Shown piece after piece: positions 11,499 through 24,374 of a DNA stretch of 64,000 nt; position 1 is the first letter of the stretch; the number at the start of each line of letters is the position of its first letter. This DNA is from Ramazzottius varieornatus. Its lineage: Eukaryota; Animalia; Tardigrada. The stretch covers positions 62,001-126,000 of the forward strand of contig BDGG01000008.1 of the NCBI GenBank assembly GCA_001949185.1. The letters are read 5' to 3'. The notes beneath the pieces were generated by a model. That model worked only from the letters and a program-made list of their open reading frames with translations, was not told the origin of the DNA and searched no databases. Made by a program: the position numbers and the translations under genes.

Positions 11499-12071
11499 GG
11501 TGGTCGCGTTGGACGATGAGCTTGACCAAAGGTAACGGACCTGTCGATTGATTTGAAGACCTGCTCCTTCGGAAATGTGGTCAGAAAGATGCTCCTAGAA
11601 GGTTCACTGATTGAAATTTTGAACTGCTCCCAACATGGCGATGGCCCATCGATTTTGACTCGATTGATTGGTCGGTGACCTGTTCTATGGCCCTGGGGAA
11701 AATTGTTGTGGCGGCCGTGGCGATGGCACTTGCGCCGGCGCCGCTGCTTGCGACCCCGGGACAACCCAAGGGCTAATCAGTTTGTTTACAAACTTTCCAG
11801 TTACATCGACGATTCAAGATTCCGAAATCCGGAATCAGGACGTCCAGATTTTAGATTCCAGAATCCCGATCTTCGGATTTGTCATCATCCGTGTGAGCTA
11901 CATCTCAGGAGGGCTTTTGTATCCGTACTCAGAAGAAGATCCGGACGCGATTGCCTAGCAGGAAAGGCAGGAAGGTTAGTGCATTAGTTCGCTAACGTCG
12001 CTTCTCATTGTATTTGTACAATACGAATAGCGTCTAGTCTCTGGCGTCTATCTAGTCTGGCGTTTAATAGG

Positions 12072-12940
12072 ATGGCCCCTCGTGCGCATCCAAGATCTGA
12101 ACGGAAAGAGCCGCCAAATTTTTCACCAAAGATCACAAGACAAAGAGCTAAAAGAAAAGAGCAAGAGGGATTCTCGGAAACACCTCAGAGCGACGGAAGG
12201 AGTAACAAGGCTAGTTCACTGCCCAAAGGATTCTTAACGTCGAATGAGACCGCTCCAGCAGGACCCATGACGATAGAAGATTTACTCTTACGAGATCTCC
12301 CAGCAAAGCAGCGCAATTCTTTGTCGAGCGATTTCAAGGAAAAGATGTCCAAAGTTGGAAGTGCGGTAAGACGTGCTAATCCAGCTATCTCCTGCTCAGG
12401 ACCTGCTGTGCATTTTGTAAGCTTCAACTGAGCGAATACGCCACATCTCAAACTTTTGCAGTTGATCGCACTGTACTCATCGAAAAAGGAACTACAAGAC
12501 ACGGATACGAAACTCTTACATCTTGAAGAGACGTATGGCAAGACGATGAAAATCCAAGATTTATGGAATTATCATGAAAGAGCAGGTATACCCATGAAGT
12601 GTTTCACGATTGAATTCCATGCCGCCTAGTGTACTGGTTCTGGACTTCTGGTTTAATCTGACTTACGATACTCGTCATTCTGTATTTTTAAGGACTATCT
12701 GCCATAATCGGGCAGGATCCTCAGTACGCCATGAATGCTCCTCATGTTTTCAATGATGAAGAGCGCCTGATGTATAACTCATCTTTCCCACGGCCCAAGG
12801 CGAAAGAAAAGGATGCTACGCCCGAACCCGAGCCCTCTGTTTCTCCTCCTCGACCGAGGACTCGCGCGGCATCCCATCAAGCTCTGCAATCAGCCAGAAG
12901 CCCGAAAAGGGAAAGACTTAGCACAGACGATGAAGACTAA
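12072..12940 (+). CDS. Small basic nuclear protein, possibly a divergent Eaf6/MEAF6-like chromatin factor (3 exons)
   Basis: Splices near 12365/12462 and 12585/12693 give a continuous ORF. The coiled segment LIALYSSKKELQDTDTKLLHLEETY and FNDEERLMYNSS resemble the Eaf6 helix and FKEAERLFSKSS motif. Confidence 0.45.
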
Positions 12941-13217
12941 CATAGCCCGTCATCCCGCACCGGAAACCATTTCTATTTTGCATCTCGTACGATATTTTGT
13001 TCGATTGTTTTAACAACGAAATGTGTTCGTGATTTCGTTATTCCGTACGTATTACAAATGATTTACTTCTGGAACAGCATGTGAAAATAAATTCTAGAAG
13101 GCAGTGTATCTGGAACATTTAGAAAGAGGAGGTAAAGCTTCGCTGTACGTAGTTCTAGTTACGCGACCAGATCAAGAAACTTTTAAACGAACACGAAGCA
13201 GGTTTAGTAGTTTCTCT

Positions 13218-15044
13218 TTACTGTGAAGTACGTTTGAGATAAGCTTCGAAGGCACGAGTCTGGTACATTCTAGCGGCTTCGGAAGGCTTGAAGGCTTCAG
13301 TAATGCCTCGGCCCACGATAACTGCATCCGCACAGTTCTCAATGACAGTTTCCGGGAGCACGTACTGCTGTCCTAGAGTATCACCCGCCTCTGAGATGTG
13401 GACTCCTGGAGTCATTCGGACGAAGCGAGGCTCATCGTCGATGTCGCTCTGGCAGATGTAACCCATGATGTCTTCTGGGTGGTCGTGAGCCATCTGAATG
13501 GTCGCAGCGACGTTTTCCTTGTTGGGTAGCGCACCTTTGCTGCTCATTTCTGCGATCAACGCGCCTCCTATAGAAGATACACTTAACAGTTGGGACCCAG
13601 GCAGATAAACTCGACAAGATCGTTATCCCAAGTGGCGCACGTTCGCAGCCACCAAGACCGAAAAAGCAGGCCACTTGGGAAAACAATGCCGTCGAGTTTG
13701 TTTGCTGCGCTCTTAGGTGTTTAGGTAGGTTCAAGTTTTGTTGATAAAGCATTAGTTACCAATTCCATGACCAGAGCGCTGTCCCTTCTTCAAGCCTTCG
13801 ATAACGGCCGGTCCAGGAGTAGGTTGGATAGTGACCATATCCGCCCAGTGAGCAATCTGGAAAACACCTCCTCCATACTGTCGCGCCACAGTCGAGCCAA
13901 TATCACTGAACTTTCTATCTTCGAAAATCAGGAATCTATGTGTTTGTGAAAGCTCTTTCAGCTTAGAGACGAAGTCCTCGGAGAACCCGTCGATGATGTC
14001 GGCGTGAATCTTGAAAGCGCAGATGTTTGGACCAATAGCGTCTGCCAGGTTCAAGATGGCTTCCGTCGAAGTCAAGTCTGCAGCCACAATCAGGTTGCTT
14101 TTCTTCCTGTCCATCAACTGGAACAGGTGTTTCGCCACAGCATTCGAGGTGTGCTCGGCCCGTGCAGAGAAAGATTGTTGCTTCCATGTTTTCGAGAGTC
14201 CATTTCCATTAACCACTTTTTGCGGTTTTGGGTCTGGAGCTTGAGATGCCATAAACTGCTCGATCTGCTTCGCCATCTTCGGATCGAGCTTTCCTGACTT
14301 GACCAGGGTTTGACAGACGTAGGAGAGAGTCATAACCGAATGGAGCGTGATGCCTGTAATCAAACGGAAGATGACAGCACTCCACACAGCAATCAGGATG
14401 AGTCGGCCACCCCCGGATATCAATCATCGTAAGAAAACGTTACGAGGTGACCGATTCACCGTGTTTGCTTGCCACCGAGTATCAAAGTTTAGATTCGTTT
14501 GAGATCTACGATCGAATAACTACTTACCTTCATTCTGTAAGTTGAAAGGTCCACCAGCTTCTCGATCCAGGAGAATAACGGCATGTTCGACCACCAGGCC
14601 GACTTTGCGCAGGTCTGTTGCGGTTTCCATAATGCTCAGTCCACTAGTACAGACATCGTCGATGATAACACATTTCGCTCCATCTTTAACAGGCCCTTCC
14701 ACTGCTTTCTTGGTCCCGTACTCTTTAACTTCTTTGCGGCGCATAACCATAGGAATGTTTTGAGCAACTGTAACCAGCGTGCAGACTGGAACAGCAGCAT
14801 ATGGAGCACCACAGAGTACATCGCAGGAGATAGAGCTGCTCTTCTGGCGTATAACGTTGTGCAACAGCTGGGCAGCGGTGTTGAGCAACTTTGGGAAGCC
14901 AATTAACTCTCGAAGATCGATGTAGATCGGGCTCATCACTCCGCTCTTCAGCTTATACTGTCCCAACTTGATAACTCCAGCAGCGTAGAATTCCAGGATG
15001 ATTTCGTCCAGTGACTGGATAGTGGCCGGCGACGAGGTGTCCAT
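13218..15044 (-). CDS. UMPS: Bifunctional UMP synthase (OPRT + OMP decarboxylase), 3 exons
   Basis: YKLKSGVMSPIYIDLR, RKEVKEYGTKK, VIIDDVCTSG (PRPP motif); NLIVAADL, IFEDRKFSDIG, MTPGV..GDTLGQQY, VIVGRGI. Confidence 0.97.
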
Positions 15045-15240
15045 GGCTGGAGCAGGGATGTCTGCAGTCCAGAGCAAGCAGGCAGCAGCGGCTTTCCGGT
15101 CAGTTTTAAGATTCGGAAGATGTCTGCTCCGCTCCTAGACCTCTTTGAAAGCAAAGGTGCGAGCTGCGACTGCGAGCGACTGCTGCAAAATTTTCCAGGT
15201 TGCCATCATTACGTAATTAAAATTTATACGGTGAAAACAG

Positions 15241-15425
15241 TATAGAGATTGCGAGCGAAAGCGTACTAGCACAATTCGATACGCACAGGTACATCGTGAC
15301 CTCATAGGAACAAGATCGTCTCGTAGACTCTCTGTTAAAAGAGTCACATAAAATTTACATATGACGTCACGATGTTCCTATGCGTATCGAATTGTGCTAG
15401 TGTGCTTCTGTTCGCGATCTGTATA
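15241..15425. repeat. Imperfect inverted repeat (66-bp arms 15241-15306 and 15360-15425, 53-nt spacer)
   Basis: Reverse complement of the left arm aligns without gaps to the right arm, 10 mismatches by manual count. Confidence 0.9.
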
Positions 15426-15605
15426 TCAATAATCTGCTGCGTCCGCGCAGCATACGTCATCGACTCATCGTCTCATCGTACACGTAAAGTACAGCCACGG
15501 TCCGGCTTCACTGATCGCTCAACTCCTACGGGGGAACATCGTCTCCTACTTGTACGTGATGTGCTGCCAAACCTTACAGTTAGTGATGTTCTAATACTGT
15601 ATGCG

Positions 15606-17284
15606 TTAATAGACCTGCTTCGCAAGTCATGTTTTCGCATTGCACAGCATATGTATAGGTTTTATCAGAGTGTATCACTCTGGTTTTATGCTGTGCAGCT
15701 ATCCACGGCTTATGTTTTGCCTAATATCGCTGCACAGAATTTCAAATTCTGTGCAACCTGAGTTGATTGCCGTATTGACCAGTTACGTTTCAAATTCGAA
15801 ACTTCAAATTTCATTTCTCGTCCTGTTTCCCATTTTCCTTCTTCTGTCAAGAAATACCTTCCGTTGCTTACGCTTCTCGGGACTCATCAGCCGTGAAAAT
15901 GTCGGACAGCGAAAGCGGGAGCCAGAAGGAGAGAGATGATTCCCAGCCAACCAGGCAGAAAAGACGGGATAAAAGTCAGAAATACTTCAGAGGTCCGAGG
16001 TTCCTCCCGCTTTCAGTCGAGAACAAAGTTAGCTTGATCATTGAGGACATCCTGTCCATCATACGCCTCAGCACTGAGGTTAGTAACGCGTCTTTTTCTT
16101 GATCGCTTATGATACGAGCTTCAGTCTTGATGGTTCCGAGCTCCAGTTCTCGAATTCTTAAAGCAGCAGCTTCCTCTCTGGCTGCCTTTTGTTCAGCTAA
16201 CTGAGCCTCCTGAAATGCCAGCTGACGGTTCTGCAAGTCTAACTTCATGGTACCGTACTCTTGTTCGGTCTTGGCAGAAGCCGACAGAACGTCAACCAGT
16301 TATCGCTTCCGGTCGGTGGCCTGTATCGTTTGAAACGATCAGCATCGTCTTCCCCGTGTTCCGCTTTTCGGTTCAGATTGCGTGTGTTGACTCCCATATG
16401 GCCATTGATTTCGTGTTCCTCTTCCCCGTCCGTATCTCCATTATCACTCGAAAAATCAAGCTCTCCCGCAAGTAGACGCCGTGAGAAGGCAAAATTACCA
16501 CTTGCGAAAGTATCCGGTTGACAAACCAGAAAAACGCGCCACTTCACCTGGGAAAGCAACAGTAGTCAAGAGTGAACCTTACCTCGACGTCGTTTCATCA
16601 TGTCCATCGAAGGATCTTGAATGTTCTTCCCCTGCTGGACCTCCGTGACTCCCCTAGCTTTTCGGCTTGACTTCTTCGCAGCAGGGACAGCTGGTGGTTT
16701 TGCAGCTTTCTCGGTGTGATGTCTGGCTTCTTCCTTTCGCAGCAAGGCGACTTCTTCCAGCAGCTGCTTCAACCCTTTATACTGTTCCTCCGTACCAGAC
16801 TTCGGAAGCTTGCTCATCTTCTTGTCTTGATCATCGAACAGCTTCCTCACTTTCACAAAGTGCTTAGGATTTTTGGCGGCCACTTGACGGAGAAGAGCAA
16901 TCAGATGACACGGTTGGTAGGCAAATCTACATCTCCGGCTTGGCTGGGAATCATCTCTCTCCTTCTGGCTCCCGCTTTCGCTGTCCGACATTTTCACGGC
17001 TGATGAGTCCCGAGAAGCGTAAGCAACGGAAGGTATTTCTTGACAGAAGAAGGAAAATGGGAAACAGGACGAGAAATGAAATTTGAAGTTTCGAATTTGA
17101 AACGTAACTGGTCAATACGGCAATCAACTCAGGTTGCACAGAATTTGAAATTCTGTGCAGCGATATTAGGCAAAACATAAGCCGTGGATAGCTGCACAGC
17201 ATAAAACCAGAGTGATACACTCTGATAAAACCTATACATATGCTGTGCAATGCGAAAACATGATTTGCGAAACAGGTCCATTAA
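15606..17284. mobile_element. Non-autonomous foldback DNA transposon derivative (PIF/Harbinger/ISL2EU-like) with 345-bp inverted arms
   Basis: 15606-15950 is the reverse complement of 16940-17284 (identical 99-aa shadow ORFs; three mismatches seen near the outer end). Ends are TTAAT-AGACCTG...CAGGTCC-ATTAA. The interior carries a decayed Myb/SANT-type accessory ORF and no transposase. Confidence 0.8.
15976..16991 (-). pseudogene. Decayed transposon accessory gene (Myb/SANT-like N-terminus + coiled coil)
   Basis: RF....LIALLRQVAAKNP and KSGTEEQY..LKQLLEEV resemble Harbinger-associated Myb-like proteins. The central helix appears deleted, there is a frameshift near 16300 and the likely acceptor reads CGG; C-terminal E/K/Q coiled coil. 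Confidence 0.55.
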
Positions 17285-17442
17285 ACTCGTATCCCACTGT
17301 GTTGGAATTTTGTTGTTAGCCGAATTTCCTCCAAATTTCCGTTTCGACTTGAAGGTTTCTCTGTGATCTGTCTCCGCTTCTGAACTCAACTGGAACATAC
17401 TTGGACTACTAGAAGCTTAGTTGAGACCCTGGTCAAGCAGGG

Positions 17443-20400
17443 ATGCAGCGTGGAGGCCTGTACACGAGAGAAGGAGCACTCCGCGGTCGTGGCGGATATA
17501 TGAGTGAGTCCTGCATTATGTTCAAGTTGGACTCAACCGCGTCACTTCGGTGTGCGTGACGGGCCGTTTATTTTTGCAGGATCTGATCAGCCTCAGTTCC
17601 ACAGAAACCAAGGTGGTGCTCCGTTGGAGGATGAATCTGAGCAGGAATCCGGACCTAGCGATATCGAGAAGCGCTTGGATTCGCTCATCACTCGACTGGG
17701 TGAACGCGTAAGTCCGGTTTCGTGATCCCCTGATCTCTCTGTTAATGAATTCAAATCGTTTTTACAGAGTAATGCCAGTCTGGAAACCAACATACGAAAT
17801 CTAGCGAAGGTCCTCTCGGGTGACATCGCTAACTTCAAAGATGCCATCCTCAACATTCTTCTCAAATGGTGAGTTAACCCAAGAACGTGGCTCTATACCG
17901 TCCCCGTTGCCTTCATCCGGTAGAAATTTCGTTGGAGAGGAGCGAATTGCGAGATTGAGCAGAAAGTTACCAAGACTTTTGTTTTCAGCTCCACTACGAT
18001 GCCGGAGAAGATCAGCATCTACACGTGTCTCGCCGGCGTATTGAACACGGAGAATTATACTTTTGGCGGAGAGTTCGTCGATGGTTTGGCTCGACGTTTC
18101 CGCGACTTGCTTAGTGCCGGAGCTTATAGACAAGCAGAATTGGTGGTACGGCTGTTTAGATCTTTCGTTTCGGAGTTCAGGAATCAGAATTACATTTTGT
18201 CGTGTGACATATTTCTTCTTCTAGTTGAGAGTTATAGCAGACTGTGTGAACAGTAACCTCGTCAGCGCGTCCAGCCTGCTGATGTTCATGGAAGTTCTTC
18301 TCGAAGTTACATATGAGAAGAATGTTCCTCAGGTATCCATAAGGCACAAGCTCTACCATTACAGTTTCCAAGCATCTGATGTGCTGCGTTAGTTATAAGC
18401 CCATGCTGCTTTCAGGTTCGATCGGACTGGTATGCTTTTGCCGTATTGTCCTGTATGCCGTGGATGGGAGAGCGTATGAACTTCAGCAAGCCAGACGGTC
18501 TCCGAAAGCTCCTGGAAGAAGTCTTGTCTTACATCACCAGAAGAAAGAAGGTGCATGTCGCTGCTCTTCGGGTGATAAAGTCGGACGATCCGCTGCCACA
18601 AGAGGACGTAAGTTGTTGGACCTTTCGAAGGTTCCCCCGCCTATTTGAATTTCGGACGATTTTTCTGCCTCAAGGATCTTCTAGTTTATGAGCTCTTACT
18701 TGACGGAGCTGTTCAAGAAGTGAGTTTCACGTTGATCCAACATCATATTGTGTTGTTCGCAGTATCTGGACTCGCTGTGGACGCAAGTCGAGGATTTGAA
18801 GAACCGTCAATGGCGCGAGAAGCACATTCTCCGACCGTACACATCCCTCGACAGCTCGCTGTCGAAAGGCCAAGCCCACAACCTTCCCCAAATTATTCCT
18901 CCTTCCTACGAAGAAGATCACCAGTACCCACTTCCTCGTGTCGTGTTTCGGCTCTTCGACTACACAGATTGTCCAGAAGGCACAGTTCTTCCGCCCATGA
19001 ATTCTATTGAGCGCTTCTTGATCGAGGACGATCTGACTCGTCTCATCGACCAGCACCACGAAGACCGGAAACAGTGCGCTGTAGTTCTCCTCAACTATCC
19101 CACTGCGCAGCCCAACATTCCCATCGACTACATTGTGACAGAAGTCGTACTTGGACAACTGATGCAGCTACCAAAGTCACCCCACAAGGAAGTTATGTAT
19201 GGGTCCATGATCCTGGAGCTGTGTAAAGTCCGACAGGATGTGATGCTGCAAACACTAGCTTTGGCAGTGTCGTTGCTGTATGAACGCATCGAACACCTGA
19301 ACATCAGCAGTCTCCACCGGTATGGTGAAAAGTGTCAAACAGAAGCATGAGGAATTTCGTAAGATTTTGTTTATAATCTTTGGAGGGTGGTTGTTATTTT
19401 GCAGGTTGGCGTCGTGGTTTGCTTACCATTTGAGCAACTACGAGTTCCGCTGGACATGGGAGGACTGGAGCGACTGTCTTCAGGTGGATAAGGACCATCC
19501 GAAGGCTCGGTTCGTCACTGAGATTATCCAGAACTGTGTTCGACTGTCGTATTACGGACGCATTGCCGAGATTGTGCCCCAGCGTTTCAAAGTGTTCCTG
19601 CCCGACGAACCTTTTCTGCGTCAAAAGTTCGATGTTGAGAACCCAGGTACTTGGTCTACCTTACCTTATCTCAGAGTGTTTTCTTTAGTTGGTGTGTTCT
19701 GTTTGGATATTGTGTATTTTAGAAACGATCGAAGGAGTCAAACAAGCTCTAGAGGTTCACGAAGCAGCTCGAGATAAGAAGGAGGTGACACGCATCTTGG
19801 AGATCATCAAGGAAGTTCCGCGACCCGAAGGCACCTCAGGTTGGTCTTTTTAATGATTTTATATTCTGGATCTACATGCATGTAGTGTCGGGCAAAAAAT
19901 TGGCTGCTCTTGGATTCTAATCGGTATTATTTTTGCAGAAACGGATTTTAACCCACTCCAGATCGAAGTTTTTGTCCATGTCATACTGGGAATGTATGCG
20001 AAGACGTTCACCCACCTATTCACCGCGCTGAACAAGTAAGAAGCATACAGATTGATTATTTCTGCTTTCGATGTAAGAACTAAGCTTACTGAAGCCGCTC
20101 CTGTCTAGCTGTGAGCACTTGTGCGTGGTGGTAACTTGCTTTGCTCTAGGTACGCTCCTGTTATGAGAGATCTCCTCACCGGCGAACAAGAGCAGATCTT
20201 TTTCCTTCAGTCCCTTTACGACTGCTTCGTCAACCGCGAATACACGATCATTGTGTTGATCGACCGGCTGTTGCGTATGCAGCTAGTTGATGCGACCAGT
20301 GTGGTTAACTGGATCTTCTCCCCGGAAATGTCCATGTACTTCAGCGATCACCATGTTTGGGAAATCCTGCAGCAGACCATTCATCGAGTCTCCACGCTCG

Positions 20401-20997
20401 TCCAGAAGTCACAGTCCGAACTGAACGAAGCCAGAGCGCGATCGAAAGAAGCTGCTGACGCGGAAGTTGTCAGAGAAGAGGACGCAGTAGAGGCACTGGA
20501 AGAGGCTCTTGACCGCAGTCTGAGCCAGCAGAAGAGCATGTTCCTCGTCATCTTCCAGGTGATTTGTTATATCATCCCCATACTACTGTAATTCGGCGAA
20601 GTTACGGTAGCTATGATGAACATAAATCTGTTATAGCGCTTTGTTATGGCTTTCACGGATTACCTGGAACAACAAGGAGTCAAGGGGAAGCCAACGGACT
20701 CCTCGTGGTGGAAAACGGCGATTGGACACATGCAGTATATTCTGATGACGGTGAGTGCACCCGATAGGTTCATGTGCTATAGTCATGAAAAATAATACGA
20801 GTATTTGAACATTTTATTCGAATATGTCGTGGAGAAGGAAATGATTTTTATCTTAAACATTTTCTGAATATTCCTTTCTTCAGAATTACGAGCTAATTCG
20901 TCCATATAACTCCACTCTCGAGAAACTCGTCTTCACCAAAGAAATCGATCGCGCCATTCTTCACGCATACAATGAATATGCGGCCATGTTGAGCTGA
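17443..20997 (+). CDS. NCBP1: Nuclear cap-binding protein subunit 1 (CBP80), multi-exon
   Basis: IEKRLDSLITRLGE, MPEKISIYTCLAGVLN, QVRSDWY, QEDYLDSLWTQV, HILRPY, YPLPRVVFRLFDY, WFAYHLSNYEFRWTW, RLSYY. Confidence 0.96.
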
Positions 20998-21186
20998 ACG
21001 TTCCTTCCTGCGATTCCCACATCATTTTGTTTTTTGAAATTTTGAAGCTTTATTCAAACGCAGAGCTTGGAAACGCTTATTTTACATCATAGACAACCAT
21101 AAATTATTCAATGAATTTTTCCAATATGTGCAGTGTCAATGAGATAGAACAACCCTGACATCGGCAGCCAACACACTATCTCATTT

Positions 21187-21643
21187 TCAGAAATCACTAA
21201 CTCGTCCCTTCCTTTCCCAGTCTCCAAATCTTGTAGGCTCAGGGCCCTTTGGTCCACCAATCTCACCTGTATGCGGGTTTCTGTTATTTGGCCAGGGTTT
21301 CAGAGGTTCTTTTTCTGCGTGAGGGTGTCTTGTGTTGTCGTCTAGAACATCATCAAACTTTCCTGCCGGAGTCTTGCCTGTCTTCTTCTTTACGTTTGTC
21401 GTGTCGGCCGAGCCTGATGCCTTGACGTCGCTTTGGTTTGGCTTTGTTGTCTCGGATGAGTAATTGAAAGACTAGAGAATAGACATGAGAAGTTAGGTGT
21501 GGAAATAAAAGCTTGACTTACGAATAGGCAGGGAAACTTACGTTTGCATAGATAACTGATGTCCAGGTCGGTGGTGACGGATTATACTGGCCAGGTAGTG
21601 CACATCTTCCGTTGAAAAGTAGTCTTCCTCGAGAGCAGATCAT
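21187..21643 (-). CDS. SDHAF4: Succinate dehydrogenase assembly factor 4 (DUF1674), 2 exons; missed by the ORF track
   Basis: C-terminus [30 protein letters not shown]; Arg-containing presequence [13 protein letters not shown]. Confidence 0.95.
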
Positions 21644-22528
21644 CTTGCACCAGAATCAGGGGGAAACGGAGGAAGCAAGTTGAATTAACTCGAAAAGAGA
21701 AGAGAATCTTATAGGAAAGTGACATGACATAACAGTTACAGTATCACAGTGTTTGCCAGCAGAATACCGTCCGTCCCGTCGGGAAGCTCAGCAAGCTCAT
21801 ATACTGTGACAGTATGTCGGAGCCGATTGATTCAACAGCTTGATTGCATGAGCTGCCTGAAAATTTTTCACTCATGACTCATCTGAGGGCGGCTTCAACT
21901 CCGAACCTGTTCGGAGCTCAAAATCGTCTTCCAGAAGGTTGCTCTACCATTCGTCCGAGGAAGCGAACGTGATAAGCCTATCGCATTTGTGCTTCATCGG
22001 AACAGTAGTAACAGGTTGACCACTCAAGTGGACTTTGAGATGTGATCGAAGTTCTAGCTTTTTGTCTGGTAGGAAGTTAGTCAGCCGGGCGCATTTCCCA
22101 CCGCTTACGATGGGTGGAGAAGCGGATGAATATATTGATTTCGGTATATTCATCCCGAACGCACTGCGGTGCAGCTGCTCTAGTTCAGTCGTGCTTCCGG
22201 TGGGATGGACAGCGAGCCACGACCTATCTGGGCACAGTTCCCGCATTCTTTGCCAAGTAGTACAAGAGTAATGACCATCCACTACTTTCGATATTATGTG
22301 AACTGGTAACTGAGTTGAGCAGTTCTTATCTGAAGAAACACCAACACGTTCGACATTACAAGAGACGTTATCTTCCGTGTGTAATCTATGAACTGTATTC
22401 TGTAGTAGAGTTGCCCGATAAACTACAAAATCCTCCCTCCATCGATTTACGAGTCGTGTAATTTCTGTGATTTATCTAGTGATCCGTTAAAATTCTACGA
22501 TTATTTCCTAATTTTTTTCATGAGCTGA

Positions 22529-24374
22529 ATGAAAATGGCTTCTGATATTTCTCATCCAGTACCATCGAGGTCTCCGCCTACCCATTCGGATGTGGAAGTT
22601 GTCCTTGCCGCACTGAAGGAAGCAACAGGTTGTGAGATTCATTTTGAACGAGGTTTACGCCGGGTTTGCTTTCCCCTCAAAGGCTGCAGTGATTTTTCGA
22701 GCAGCTCACAGGAACGTGGACGGGAGATTTTTATTGGGAGACTTCCGAGAGACCTGCTGGAAGACGAGCTTTACCGTGTTGTATCGCCACATGGAGAAAT
22801 ATTGGAGATTCGTCTGATGTTGTCTTTTGACTCCGCGATCATTAACCGCGGCTATGCTTTTGTCGTTTTCGAAAGAAAACAAGACGCGAAGGCGGCAATA
22901 GAGAGACTGGACAACTCGGAAATCAGACCCGGAAGACGAATTGGAGTCAAACGCAGTGTGGACAACTGGCGGCTTTTTGTAGGAGGTTCGTTTCACCTGA
23001 TGTTTTGAGATTCCCTTTGTGTGTTTGGTCGAAGTTGGTTCACACAGTTTTGGTTTCGAAGGTTTGCCGCGGGACAAGACGGTGGAACAGTTTGAAGAGG
23101 AAATTCGAAAACATCCTGCCTGCAGCAACGGGATCCGTAAAGTCATCATGTACCCAGCGGTCCACGACAAAAGCAAGAACAGAGGCTTTGCGTTCGTAGA
23201 GTTTGGCTCCCATCGAGAAGCAGCTCTTGCCAGAAGACAGCTCATGCACGACAGAGTGACCATATGGAACAAAGAAATATGTGTCGACTGGGCGCAACCG
23301 GAAGCCGAGGTCGAACCGGAAGTTATGGATCAGGTAGACATTACTTTCCAGGTTCTTCGTCATACTGTAGAGTTTGGTTTGCCGGAATCTTTTATTTGCG
23401 TTTTGCAGGTGCGTATTGTGTACGTCAGAAACCTAAACGTGGACACTACGGAAGAGGACTTGTACAGAGCAGCCGTTCCAGCTCTTCAGAATGGCGTCAT
23501 CGAGAAGGTTAAGAAATTGACAGACTATGGGTTTCTTCATTTCCAAGATCGCGAAGATGCCGAAAGAGCGATAAAAATTCTCAATGGTATGTTTCGGTTT
23601 GCGAAGAACGATCGTGACATATGAACAATTTTCCTTCTGTGTTAGGAGCTCTTGTTGGAGGTTCCAGGCTGGAAGCAGTGTGGGCCAAGCCTCCTACTTG
23701 CAGACGAACTCAACAGTCCGTGAGCCAGCGGAACCCTTTTTCCTTTCATACTTCCAAGTTCCCGCAAGATAATGCTCTTAGTGCTCTGCCGTACGAGATG
23801 GTATACTGGCAACTTTATGCGCAGCAAGAATATCCCGAAAGTCGCGGGCTGTCGCAGCGCCATTATAGAAACGCAGCTGGTACCAGAAGACGGTACCAGA
23901 ACTTCCGACAACCCTCTCAGGTACATAATGTCTACACAATTGCTTTCCCAAGCAGCACAACAGGTTTTCATGGTGAATTGTAGAATGCATACGGAGCAAC
24001 AGAATTTCCGTTAGCCGCTCGTGAACCGCCTATCACCAGCACTGTGCGTTTCGATTCAAGAAGATTCGGGGTACCCGTGGTAAGGGTGGGCCCACTTCTG
24101 GACCGACAGCGAAATCTTATTTTCATTTTTCTTTCAGACAAATCCAGAGCAGCCTTTTCTTTACTCTCAACATCATAATGCCGACCCGTTTTACCAGTAC
24201 CAGCAGCCCGCCATTCCTCACTTCGGTCAAACGTCGTACGGACAACAGCACCCCGCTTTCTCCTCCGAGCCTGAATATCCGCCGTTCCTGATAAATCCTT
24301 TGCATAGCAATTTTCTTGCGAGTACCGCTCTGGGGCTCCCTGAAACATTCTCGCAAATGCGCGTCAGTGGATAG
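22529..24374 (+). CDS. Three-RRM protein of the RBM46/RBM47/A1CF (hnRNP R/Q-related) family
   Basis: EIFIGRLPRDLLEDEL, NRGYAFV, IRPGRRIGVKRSVDNWRLFVGG, KNRGFAFVEF, VDWAQPE, VYVRNL, YGFLHF; Q/P/Y-rich last exon 24138-24374 inferred from an in-frame splice. Confidence 0.9.

Noticed and set aside
11687-11776. 29-codon hydrophobic ORF MALGKIVVAAVAMALAPAPLLATPGQPKG
   Set aside because: GC-rich promoter-region sequence readily gives Ala-rich ORFs; no supporting evidence.
11810-11880. Short GATTC/GAATC-rich repeats as a CRISPR-like array
   Set aside because: No constant repeat with regular spacers; low-complexity intergenic sequence.
15640-17250. Two identical 99-aa ORFs on opposite strands as a duplicated gene
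   Set aside because: By-product of the inverted arms, with non-ATG starts and no protein-like features.
21944-22282. 112-aa minus-strand ORF between SDHAF4 and the RBM46-like gene
   Set aside because: Non-ATG start, no recognisable motif or splice support.
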